Assembly: GCA_964016885.1 (NCBI GenBank)
Contig: OZ024752.1
Span: 21,204,001 to 21,268,000, forward strand
Origin: Eledone cirrhosa
Taxonomy: Eukaryota
DNA: 64,000 bases
Direction of reading: 5' to 3'
Every line of letters starts with the position of its first letter. The first letter of the stretch is position 1. Below are positions 40,423 through 52,044 of this stretch, piece by piece. The notes beneath the pieces were generated by a model. That model was not told the origin of the DNA, searched no databases, and saw only the letters and a program-made list of their open reading frames with translations. A program made the position numbers and the translations under genes.

Positions 40423-40899
40423 TAAATATATAAGGGATAATAAAATATCATTATAGGTAATCTAGTTAGAGGTTGCGAATACTTCTTATTATGGATAGTT
40501 TTAGCGTACGCCGTTGTTTGACTCAACAAGAGGTTTACATAGGTGGCGAGTTTATGATTTCACTTGTATTCCTATTTAAGTTTATCTTGGAGTAATAAAA
40601 TTGAAAAAGTGTAGAACAACATGGTCAACAGTACAAAAAAAGGGATTTATTTACAGTCTGACAATTGTTTCACTGATTATGTTGTCTAAAACTTGCTGAA
40701 CACTAGAAGCAGTGCCACTCAATTTTAAATACGATGTTAGCTTAATCAGATCATCGGAGAAACTAGAATATATATCCATTAAATTTACAAATTCAAATTA
40801 CAGCATCATTAATAATATTAATAATAAAGATAGAGAGGTAGATAAAAGAAAGAAAGAAAAAGGAAAGAGAAAAAGGAGAAAGGAAAACAGAGAAAGATA

Positions 40900-43204
40900 T
40901 ATAACAGGACACTGGGTTGTATGTACAATATTTATTTAACAAGCTTGAGTTATGTAGAGCAGAATAGCTGGCATGCCAAAAGAGATGAAACAATGAATTA
41001 AAGGAATTCAGGAGGCACGGTCTACTGGCGGAGATGTTGCCAGGCCGTGGTTAAATTGTTGTGTTACATGTTGGCTAGTGTTTTCACGATGAAAGAAAGT
41101 TAGTTGTTTACCTTTTTGAAGTCAGCGCACAAAAGACCAAGAGGTCTTTACATTACCATGTTCAGGTTGCCAGAGAGTATACCCTCAGCGGAACGCGCCT
41201 GGCCGAAGGGCCAGGCAGGTGAAAAGAAAGAGAGAGTTAGCTTTCAGCTCTCTCCTTTATAGTTCCCTCAGACGGAAGTCACAAAGAAGGTTCTGCAACC
41301 TCAACGGGAAGTAACTCCAACTACTTCCTGTCTAGAGAGCGCTACAGGCATCCCCTCCCAGACGAGAAGTCGAATGACCAAATGAAATCATTGTAGTGAG
41401 AATACGAGGAGCAAGGCAAAAGGTACAAGAACATGAACAAAACATGAGCAAGCAAATCGCAAAATGAGCATGCAAAAATTAATGATAGATATCAAGGTAG
41501 CCAACTGCTCTTGGCCAGAGAACGACTGGACATCTATCTATCCATCACACAAAGATACAATGTAATCAACCTAAAAGAAGAGGTCAAAGGAGCAAAGAAA
41601 CGTGCTCAAACATAGTTATTAAAAAAAGTTCAAATGTTCAAAAATAAAGTTAACATGACATCAGGAAAGTGAGTGTGTCGCCAAGAGAATGTAGGTGGTT
41701 TCTGGACTGTGGTACAACGTGAAATTCCCAACCTCCGAAGGCGGTGGGATTTTCTCACAGGAAGAGTGCTGCAAAAATAAATTCTCTGTGTTTTGTTCTG
41801 CTGGTTTTGGTTGTTGATAACGCAAAGATAAAGCTGTGTTGTCTCGCGGAGTGAGATAACTCTTTCAAAGTTGTTTCAATTCACAGTAAAAAGTTTCCCA
41901 GAAAAAATGAGTTGCGCAAAGTGCTAGAAATAAGAACCAAAGTTGATGGTCGATGTTGAGAACGCGTTGACTTAGAAGGGTCAAGAGGCCAGCGACCATT
42001 GAAATAAGCATTCTGAATAAATGCGCAGTTTTCAACGGCAGATTTACGTGGTAAATTTTTAAACCGGCAAATAGGAGAATATAGCTTGAGGCTGGAGAAT
42101 CCTTGGCAAGAAACATTATCTATGGCGTGTGTTATCTCAGTAAGTCGAGATGTGTGCTCCCACACGTGCCGAAACAAGGTTAAAGTCAAGTTGAATAAAA
42201 AAATATATATTTCTTTTGCGCGAGAAAATGGCGGGAAAATGACTGGAACAGGTCGTTGAGCAGCAATTTTGAAAAATTTGTGTGTGAACGTGACAATATG
42301 ATGAAAAAGAAGGAAAGGCTATATTCACTTTGTATAACAAATATGGCAAGATTTCCATTTTTTTGTGAAAGTGATGAAAAAGTAGCGGAAAAGGCTTAGT
42401 TGAATGAGTAAGCGAGTTGTGAGGTTCATCAAAATTGACATGTTGAATATAAGAATACAGGAGTCCAAGTCTTTTTGAGTGTTCGTTGTGAGACGGACGA
42501 AGGATATATCCAGTGAGTAAAACACATTTAAACGATGTAAACACGTGAGGTGAAAAGCAAAATTTTTTCTTGTTTGTTTGTTGCTGATGAAAAAGATTAC
42601 TTATATTTTTCGTTGTAGACAGTTTCGGAGAAAAAAATCCATGTGGATGTCGTTAGAGGAATTTCTTTTTTCCTGAAATACTGCTAATTAATTTTCTTTT
42701 TTCCATATTTACACAACACCAGTTCCTATTATTTTTTTCTCGGGGGTCACCAATTATAACAGCGACACTGGGTTGTATGTACAATATTTATTTAGCAAGG
42801 TTGAGTTATGTAGAGCAGAATAGCTGGCATGCCAAAAGAGATGAAACAATGAATTAAAGGAATTCAGGAGGCACGGTCTACTGGCGGAGATGTTACCAGG
42901 CCGTGGTTAAATTGTTGTGTTACATGTTGGCTAGTGTTTTCACGATGAAAGAAAGTTAGTTGTTTACCTTTTTGAAGTCAGCGCACAAGAGACCAAGAGG
43001 TCTTTACATTACCATGTTCAGGTTGCCAGAGAGTATACCCTCGGCGGAACGCGCCTGGCCGAAGGGCCAGGCAGGTGAAAGGAGAGAGAGTTAGCTTTCA
43101 GCTCTCTCTCTCCTTTATAGTTCCCTCGGACGGAAGTCACAAAGAAGGTTCTGCAACCTCAACGGGAAGTAACTCCAGCTACTTCCTGTCTAGAGAGCGC
43201 TACA
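40900..43204 (-). mobile_element. Non-autonomous LTR retrotransposon (LTRs 42755-43204 and 40900-41346), Gypsy-like
   Basis: ~450 bp near-identical direct repeats TGTAGC...TGTTATA, 4-bp TSD gata, PBS TGGTGACCCC (tRNA-Trp) at 42743-42752, purine tract gggagggga before the 3' LTR. Confidence 0.9.
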
Positions 43205-46200
43205 GATATATATAGAGAAAAAGACATAGAGAAAGGAGGAGAGAAAAGGATAAAGGAGAAATAAAGGTAGAGAGAAAGGAAAATAGAGGGAAAATAATGA
43301 TAACACCAATAAATGAATTAATGTTAATACATGCATCATTTCAAGCTGCAAAAAACATTAATGCACTACTAAAAACATTACGTAACACCAACGGTATTAT
43401 AGTAAAGGCAGACAAAACATCAAACGTATACACCATGAGCCTTAATACATACAACAACTTTATACGCCGGGAATTACATAAAAAATACAAGAAAACTACA
43501 GAGTCTACACTAACAAGAGACTACAGACTCTACATTAACAAGGAAGGACTTAACATAGTAAAAAACTTAAAATATCTGATAGAACCGTACCTCTAACCCC
43601 TTTTAAACCCACTTTTAATCTGAAGGATCATAAATGTAACTTCGAAATTGACCCTACTATTAGATTAATATGTCCATCAAAATCAGATATAGGCAAAATT
43701 AGCAAGTTTATACAAGATAGAATAATACCACAAATTAAAGAAAAACTAATAATCAAGCTCTGGGGTAACACTAATGAAGCAATAGATTGGTTTAATAAAT
43801 TACACAATAGAGAATCTTCCGACTTCATACAATTTGACATTAATGACTACTACTCTTCTATTTCCCCAGTAACCCTAAATAAGGCACTATCCTTTGCACA
43901 CAAAAACTCTGACCTACCACCAGAGTAAATTAAAATAATACTAGCTGCTAGAAGAACAATCATTAGGTTCGACAATAGTTACTGGGAAAGAAAAAATAGA
44001 CAAAATGACTTCGATATAACTATGGGATCAAATGATTCAGCCCAAGTTACGGACATTGTCGGAATATATATAGCACATATCTTGCATAAGGAATTTGATA
44101 ACCTACAAGGAGGAATTTATAGAGACGATACATTACTCTTAGCTAAAAACCTAAATAATCAAAACTTAGAAAGATTACGGAAAAGGATTAGAACATTCTT
44201 CAATAAATTAGGCATTAACATCACTTTTGAACTCAACTCTAAAAAAGCTAACTTCTTAGATGTATCGCTTAACCTAAACATTGGACTAATAGAATCCTTC
44301 CATAAAAATAATGAAAATTTAGCTTACATTAATTAGCACATAGTATATCCCTTAGAATCTCGCGCCTATCTTCTAATCTAGAGATTTTTAACGAACACAC
44401 TAACTACTACAACATAGCTTTACTTAAGGCAGGTCATAAAGAGGGACTCAAATACATACCAGATACAAAGAATAACAACACACTTAATAGAAATAACACT
44501 ATCCACACCTATAGAAGCAACACATCTAGGACTAAACATAGAAATTGGCAACAAGCACGAGAATTAATTGAACAGAATACTAATATAAAGACCACTAATA
44601 ACTATAGAAGATGCAGAAATAGAAAGTACTTATGGTTCAATCTAGTATTTAACTTCTCTATAAAAACAAAACTACCTTATACTTTCTTTAAATTAGTTGA
44701 CAAACACTTCCCTAAACTTCATAAATATCATAAAATCTTTAATAGAAAAACTATAAAACTATCATACTCCACTGCCAACAACATAGAATCGCACATACAT
44801 AAAATTAACTATAAGAGAATTTAAAATACAAGTGGCCTACAAATAAGTACCATAACACCAAATACAAAACACAAGCATATAACATCATCACAACCAAACG
44901 CACACCAGAACACATCACCACAATACATCAACAAACCCAATTCTTAGCCCATACATAACAACATACAAAACCATATCGAAGAACCGACACATAGGAAAGC
45001 ATCAAATTGTAACTGTCATCTATCTAATAAATGCCCTTTACAAAACAGATGCCTGGAGTCAAATATAGTGTACCTATGTACTATAAATTCAGGCAGCTTA
45101 GCATGGCACTACATAGGTTCCACAGCGGGGGAGTTTAAGAAAAGGTGGTATGTCCATAGACACTCTATGAATAACAGGAAGCTCATGAATACAACAACAC
45201 TTGCCAATAAAATCTGGCAACTCAGAGATGCAAACCTGGAATATAAAATCAGCTGGACGAAGCTATCAACAGCAATAGCCTATAGAATTGACATGTCCCA
45301 CTGTGGTCTTTGTGGTCTATGGAGCTTTTCTAAATTTTAAAATACAACAAAATGCTACTTAACAGTAAAATCGAAAGAACTATTTTCTGTAGGCATAAAA
45401 CGGCGACCAAATTTGAGAACTTTAGACCAGCCTAATTCATCCAATCTATTACATAACTCAAATTGTACCACTTAGATCTATTATAATATCACATCATCAT
45501 CATTATTGTTATAATTGTTACCATCTATCAATGGACCAACATCAAAACCTCTTATATTTTACATTCATATTTTATGTATCTCTATCTTTCACTTTCAATC
45601 TTTCTATTTCTCTCCCTAAATTTATTTCATTTCTGGCATTTTATCTTATTTTATCTTATCCTATCTTATCATATCATTTTCACTTCTAATATAACTTGCA
45701 ACTAATTAATCAAATAATTAATTAATTATATAATTAATTTATTAAAATAACCAATCCGCACATAAATATTATCATGTTTATACCTTCGTATATTTTAACC
45801 ACTCTCAATAACCACTTTCAATAATCTTAATATGTTTAAATTTCTTCGCACATTTTCACTTATTTATTTTCATATTTTATATTATTTTGTATCATCCTCG
45901 ATGAAAATTGTTTATTTTTTTACATTTATTCATGTATTAACATTAATTCATTTATTGTTGTTATCATTATTTTCCCTCTATTTTTCTCTCTCTCTACCTT
46001 TATTTCTCCTTTATCCCTTTCTCTCCTCCTTTCTCTATGTCTTTTTCTCTCTATATATCTTTCTCTGTTTTCCTTTCTCCTTTTGCTTTTTCCTTTTTTT
46101 CTTCTTTCTTTTATCTATCTCTCTTTCTTTTTCTCTCTCTCTATCTTTATTATTAATATTATTAATGATGCTGTAATTTGAATTTGTAAATTTAATGGAT

Positions 46201-46209
46201 ATATATTCT

Positions 46210-46319
46210 AGTTTCTCCGATGATCTGATTAAGCTAACATCGTATTTAAAATTGAGTGGCACTGCTTCTAGTGTTCAGCAATTTTTAGACAACTTAATCA
46301 GTGAAACAATTGTCAGACT
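46210..46319 (+). ncRNA. Variant hammerhead (CCGATGA core, long stem II insert); mirror copy 40655-40764 (-)
   Basis: tct CCGATGA t ctgattaag-[59 nt]-cttaatcag t GAAA caattg TC aga. Confidence 0.65.
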
Positions 46320-46373
46320 GTAAATAAATCCCTTTTTTTTTGTACTGTTGACCATGTTATTCTTCACTTTTTC

Positions 46374-46432
<59 letters not shown>

Positions 46433-46435
<3 letters not shown>

Positions 46436-46837
46436 TAGCTGCCAACTCGTTTTCGAGTATGGCCACTACTTTATATCCATGTAAGAGAACCCCTACTGAT
46501 GCGCTGAACGAGTGTGACTTTTTAGTCCAGCCAGCGACTTGAAAACTGTGGTACAAACACTACACTTGTGACAATTACTGACACATAATGCTGGGCCCAT
46601 TGTACCCTGTGATGACAAGTGCAGAGAGATCTCCAAATATAAAGCAATTCCTGTGCCGTGATGCTTTTATAGTGAGCAAAGGCACTGCACAAAGCCAGTC
46701 CCACTCTCTTAACCAAGATGATATTTACCAAAAAGAAGAACACGTCAACATCATTGGATACCATCAGGGTTGCAGGTGCTATATCAGAGTGTTCCTTCTC
46801 CTAGAATTCTGCCTTGACAAAGGCTAAGGGGTCATCT

Positions 46838-46840
<3 letters not shown>
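46433..46840 (-). mobile_element. Second copy of the ~410 bp non-autonomous element
   Basis: Reverse complement of 4680-5088 with the same ends. Confidence 0.75.
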
Positions 46841-46893
<53 letters not shown>

Positions 46894-47899
46894 GAAGGAG
46901 TTGTGCCAAGGAACCAGATGGACCATAACGCACCAGAGTACTCAATACTTAGGGTGGTAGAGTGGGTAATAGGAGAAAGTATGACCCCGAGGTCAAGCCG
47001 TTTCGACTAGACATATAGTTAACAATACATAATTAGGTACAAAATCAAAGTTAGAAGAAAAAATGTACATAAAAATATTTTGATGATTTTGGTATGTTTA
47101 TGTACATTTTTTCTTCTAACTTTGATTTTGTACCTAATTATGTATGGTTAACTATATGTCTAGTCAATTTCTACAGGCCATCAGAAATACTAGGTAAATT
47201 TTCTGTAGCTGTGAGTCGCGGATAAAAAGCTATATCATTTATCTATTGTTTCTTCATAAGTATATTTTAAACTTATAGCCTGGTTTAAATGATTTTTTGT
47301 ATGGTTGATTTATGCTGATTGAGAGAAGAAATACTGTATATATTTAATCTAATGATTCTATGGACTTACTTTTTATATATTGCTCTGATTATTAATTATT
47401 TAATTAATTCGTCATTGAGCCACACCGTGAATGGTTGCCAAAAACACATATATATATATGGCTTTGCCTAGTTTATATGTATATACCCTTTAAATTTTAT
47501 ATATATATATATTATATATAGATATATATATATAGATATTATATATATTATATAAATAATTGTTTCTACTTTTGGCACAAGGCCAGCAATTACCCAGTAC
47601 ATTACTGGTACTTTATTTTATCGACCCCGTAAGGAGGAAAGGCAAAGTTAACTCGGCGGGATTTGAACTCAGAATGGCAAGGGCCACAATTCCATGTGTC
47701 AAAGCATGGCGCCCGACCCTCTACCGATACTGCCAATCCACCTATATAATATATATAATATTTATAATATATATAATATGTATATAATATATATAATCAT
47801 CATCATCATCATCATCATCATTTTACGTACGTTTTTCCCTACTTTCAAGGTTGGGTCGGGTCCTATTCAACACAGCATCTCTCCACTTGTCACGGTTTA

Positions 47900-48019
<120 letters not shown>

Positions 48020-48100
48020 ATAGAGAGAGAGATAATATATATATATATATATAACATACAATATATTAACAAATGGAAACTATATTTATAAAACCATATT

Positions 48101-48166
48101 TATTTTATTATACATATTTCAAGGGCCACCAAGGCAAATTATGGTGCGCTTTCATCCGATAAAATA
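48101..48166 (-). ncRNA. Degenerate hammerhead (core CGGATGA) in a pLTR fragment
   Basis: Minus strand: tattttat CGGATGA aag..cacca...tggtg..ctt GAAA tatgta TA ataaaata. Confidence 0.6.
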
Positions 48167-48255
48167 CAATACAGATTAGTTTTATAAATAAATATTGACA
48201 TACCCTGAAAAAAGACAACCTTGATGGTTGGAGCATCCTGGATAGTGCTTTATAT

Positions 48256-49598
48256 CATCATAATAATCTATAAAGCTCAGTGTATGGTCACATTTCTTTG
48301 TTATAGAAATCTACGATATAGAATTTCTTCAATTGAAATTTACAATTCAGTATTCGAAATAGCTTCGATTGGGTCATGGCACATATATCTTTTTCAATTT
48401 CACCCACAATTACGCAAAAAATCGATAAAACTCAATATTTTACGATTTGATTCTCTCATTTCAACTGCTAAACTCTTTCTATTACCCTTCAAAATCTATA
48501 CAACTTCATACTTTCTGCTACTTTCTCTTTCCAAGCTGAAACAACTATTCTTTTCATTTTACATTGTTCATGTTGATGGTGATACTGTCCGTTTTACTCT
48601 CTCACTCATACACTTTACAGACTAAACAACAAAAACATTAGCCACATTAACGTACAATTTCGTTTATTCTAAATGTGAGTCTTCAAACTGATTTATTTAT
48701 TTGCAAACACATACAAACACACACTCACATCAAATGAATAATTAAACTTTAAATCAATTTAACCACGTGCCGGATTTCTAACCACACATTCACACTTCAT
48801 TAACAAATAAAAATTCTAATTTGCGACAATTATTTTCTTTCAATCGTAAAATCAAACGACATAATTATTTTCATTTTCGGTTGTTAATCTTCATGGCGAT
48901 AATACTACCCTTCTATTTCACATCATGTGAGTTAACAAATAATTTTTTAAAACATTATTCGCTGACTTCCTTAAACAACAAGATCAATTGCGTAGCCGGT
49001 ATTCATTATGTAGCCGGTAAAGCTATGTAGCAGGTAAAAGGCTATGTAGTCAGTACGATGTTATATAGCATGAACAGTTTATATAACCGGTAAATGTTAT
49101 GTCCCCTTAGCATGTGTGTGTGTGTGTATTACCGTCAATACACACGTGTGTGTGTGCGTGTTTCAATGTAGTTTTCGTTAACAATGACGAGAGTACAATC
49201 GCGCCAGAAACAATTCAATTTCTCATTCTTAACTGCTAGGGACGTTCACAGGTTCATTAAGTACTTTCAGTAAGGAATAAAAAAATTAGGGATTGAACCC
49301 AAAACCACGACATAAACAGGCACCAACAAACGTTTTCTTTGTCCTGTCAAAAAGTGATTGATCCTATCCCTTTCACCTACGACCTCAGTTAGGTCAGGCG
49401 AAAGTCAGATAGACAGGGGATCACCTATGTAGGTACAAACCCTGCTGCGGTATGTCTATTTTTCTAGCTACAACCAGATTATATATACCGTAGTTAACAG
49501 AGACCATGACACACCAGGCCTGCAAACCAAACGAGATGGAATATTCATTATAATACATCAGTTCCTCAGCCCCGAGCAGCGCCGGGCACTTCTGCTAG
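48256..49598 (+). mobile_element. Non-autonomous Helitron-like element (5' end approximate)
   Basis: 3' hairpin cccg-agcagcgc-cggg then ctgCTAG|T. TC-type start (tctataaagc) near 48267. Internal ~20-bp tandem repeats ~48990-49095. Confidence 0.6.
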
Positions 49599-49699
49599 TC
49601 AGTTATAAAAATATTTTAAAGCTTGTATCCCAACAAATTAAATATAACATATATATATAATACATATGATATATAATATATATATATATATATATAATA

Positions 49700-51135
49700 T
49701 ATACAATGATATTAAATAAATGGAAACTATATTTATAAAACCATATTTATTCTATTATATATATTTCAAGATAAAATACAAAGTTTTTTTTATAAATATT
49801 TACATAACCCGGAAAGAAGAACTTAACGGTTCAAGTTTTTCCTGGATAGTGAAGGAAAGAAGGGAAAGAGAAAAAAAGTCAAATATTTCAAATTATGCAA
49901 ATGAGGTTGAGGTATAGGGCTGAAAAAAAAACGTTATTTTTAAACGCTAGGTAGATTTATAATTATTAGGATATATGTGTATATGTGCAGAAAGAAGAGC
50001 TTCTATTTACGTTCATTTAAAAAGAATTAACAGTTTGTAGGAATGGTGGAATGTGATTCCAGAATTTAAAAATTATTTAGCTACATTATGAGTTATAATA
50101 TTGTATATATAATCAATTAGATTATATGAAGAATTATGGTTGTAAGTATATTTTATCTTATTACCTTACAACAGGTTGTAAATATATAAATATCTATATA
50201 GATTAATAATTGTGCAAGTATAAGTATTATTGGTGATTTTATAGAAATAAATCACAATTATTAGTTGTTTACATTTCTTATATGAGTTACGAAGGGTGTT
50301 GATTTTGAATTTTACAGAAAAAAAGACGGAGTTCAAGTTGTAAGAGAAGAACAATTTGTAGATTCAAATACATTGTATTTTGTTCCAACATTGAAAATGT
50401 TTTCAGAATATTGTTAATTTAGCGAAGTTGTATAATTTATCATACAAGTTATGTTTATGTTTGCTCAATTGTAAATATTATTTGCTAACCATTAAATTTG
50501 ATGAATGATTTACTCAGAAAGTATGTAGAGAAATTAATTTATCAAGGCTGAGAGTTTCAATTGTATATTATTTTAGTTGAAAGATGTGTGAAAAGTTTGA
50601 AGATCAAATAAGAGGAAAAAAGTATTGTACATTTCGAAGAACTATCGTAAAGAGGATATCTTTCAGAATGTCAATTAAAGATTATCAATCTACATCTAAA
50701 AATAAATTTAGAAGAGTATCATTAGGAAAATAATGTCAAATGGTAAAAATATTAAAATTAAGAAGGAAGATCATTTAAAAAAATTTAAATTTTTAAAGAA
50801 AAACCCAGTAAATAATAGGATCATTTGAAAGGTGTATAAGATATAGTCAAGTGTAATAAATATCATAAATTAAAAATACTTCTGAGAGTGGAATTTTGGC
50901 AATGTCTGCAACTAGAAAATAATTCTGTTTTAAGATTAATAGAATTTTGGCAGTTAATTATATAAAAAATTTCCTCGATACACAAATGACAGATTCTTGA
51001 GAAAGCCATATTTCGGTATGCAAGTGCTTTCGAAATCGTTCCCCAAGATATTGAATAGTCCATATTGTTGTCCTTTAAATTCAAAATTAGATGTGAAAGT
51101 GAAGTGGAAGATTTTGTTATCGGAACTATTAAATG
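49700..51135 (-). mobile_element. Naiad-type Penelope 3' end (GIY-YIG C-terminus plus pLTR)
   Basis: YSISW...ICHLCIEE...INLKTELFSSCRH. UTR homologous to 10680-11525 and 48058-48247. Confidence 0.8.
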
Positions 51136-51364
51136 TATGTTTAATAGATCAGAACCAGTTCCCGTCCCACCCTTGCAAGCAGGGAAAAAACGGATGTAAA
51201 ATGAAATGATGATGATATATAATATATAATATTATATATATATAATATATATATATATAATATATATAATATATATTTATATATATATGTGTATATATAT
51301 ATATAATATATATGTATATATATATATATAATATAAATATATATATATATATATAATATATCTT

Positions 51365-51456
<92 letters not shown>

Positions 51457-51551
51457 TATTTATGTATATATATATATATATAATATATGTATATATACTG
51501 TATATATATATATAATATAATATAATATATAATATAATATAATATAATATA

Positions 51552-51619
<68 letters not shown>

Positions 51620-51711
51620 TATTTATATAAATATATATGTATATATATATATATATGTATATATATATGTATATATATATATATGTGTATATATATATGT
51701 ATATATATATA

Positions 51712-51761
<50 letters not shown>

Positions 51762-51786
51762 ACATATATATATATTATATATATTA

Positions 51787-51847
51787 TTCATTCTGACGAC
51801 TGAAGACAGACATAACATCTGCCTTCAAGAAACCACTGGTAAATGAA
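51787..51847 (+). ncRNA. Type I hammerhead ribozyme in a ~100 bp insert next to (TA)n
   Basis: ttcatt CTGACGA c tgaagacaga-cataaca-tctgccttca a GAAA cc-act-gg TA aatgaa. Confidence 0.8.
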
Positions 51848-52000
51848 ATAATTATCCTATGTTGTTTATTACATAACTATATATTTCATTTTCATTTTCA
51901 TTTCATTTTTACGTCCGCTTTCTCCCTGCTTGCAAGGGTGGGACGGGAACTGATTTTGGCTTGATTTCTACAGCTGGATGCCCTTCCTAACACCAACCTC

Positions 52001-52043
<43 letters not shown>

Positions 52044-52044
52044 T

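Larger units (their letters stand above)
40590..46378 (+). mobile_element. Naiad-type Penelope-like element, 5'-truncated, with inverted pLTR (40590-43333, interrupted by an LTR element) and 3' pLTR (~45435-46378)
   Basis: KADKTSN, LKDHK, FIQFDINDYY, MGSNDSAQVTDIVG, GGIYRDD, CNCxxxxxCPLxxxC..VY..YIG..H..CGLC..LLN..CRHK. The left arm is the reverse complement of 45930-46378. Confidence 0.9.

Noticed and set aside
41865-42544. ORFs inside the LTR element as gag/pol
   Set aside because: Short, with no recognisable gag, protease, RT or intact integrase motifs.
45000-45435. Selenocysteine-encoding Naiad (reported for some Naiads)
   Set aside because: Conserved Cys positions visible here, at 12400-12460 and at 50863-51084 use TGT/TGC, not TGA.
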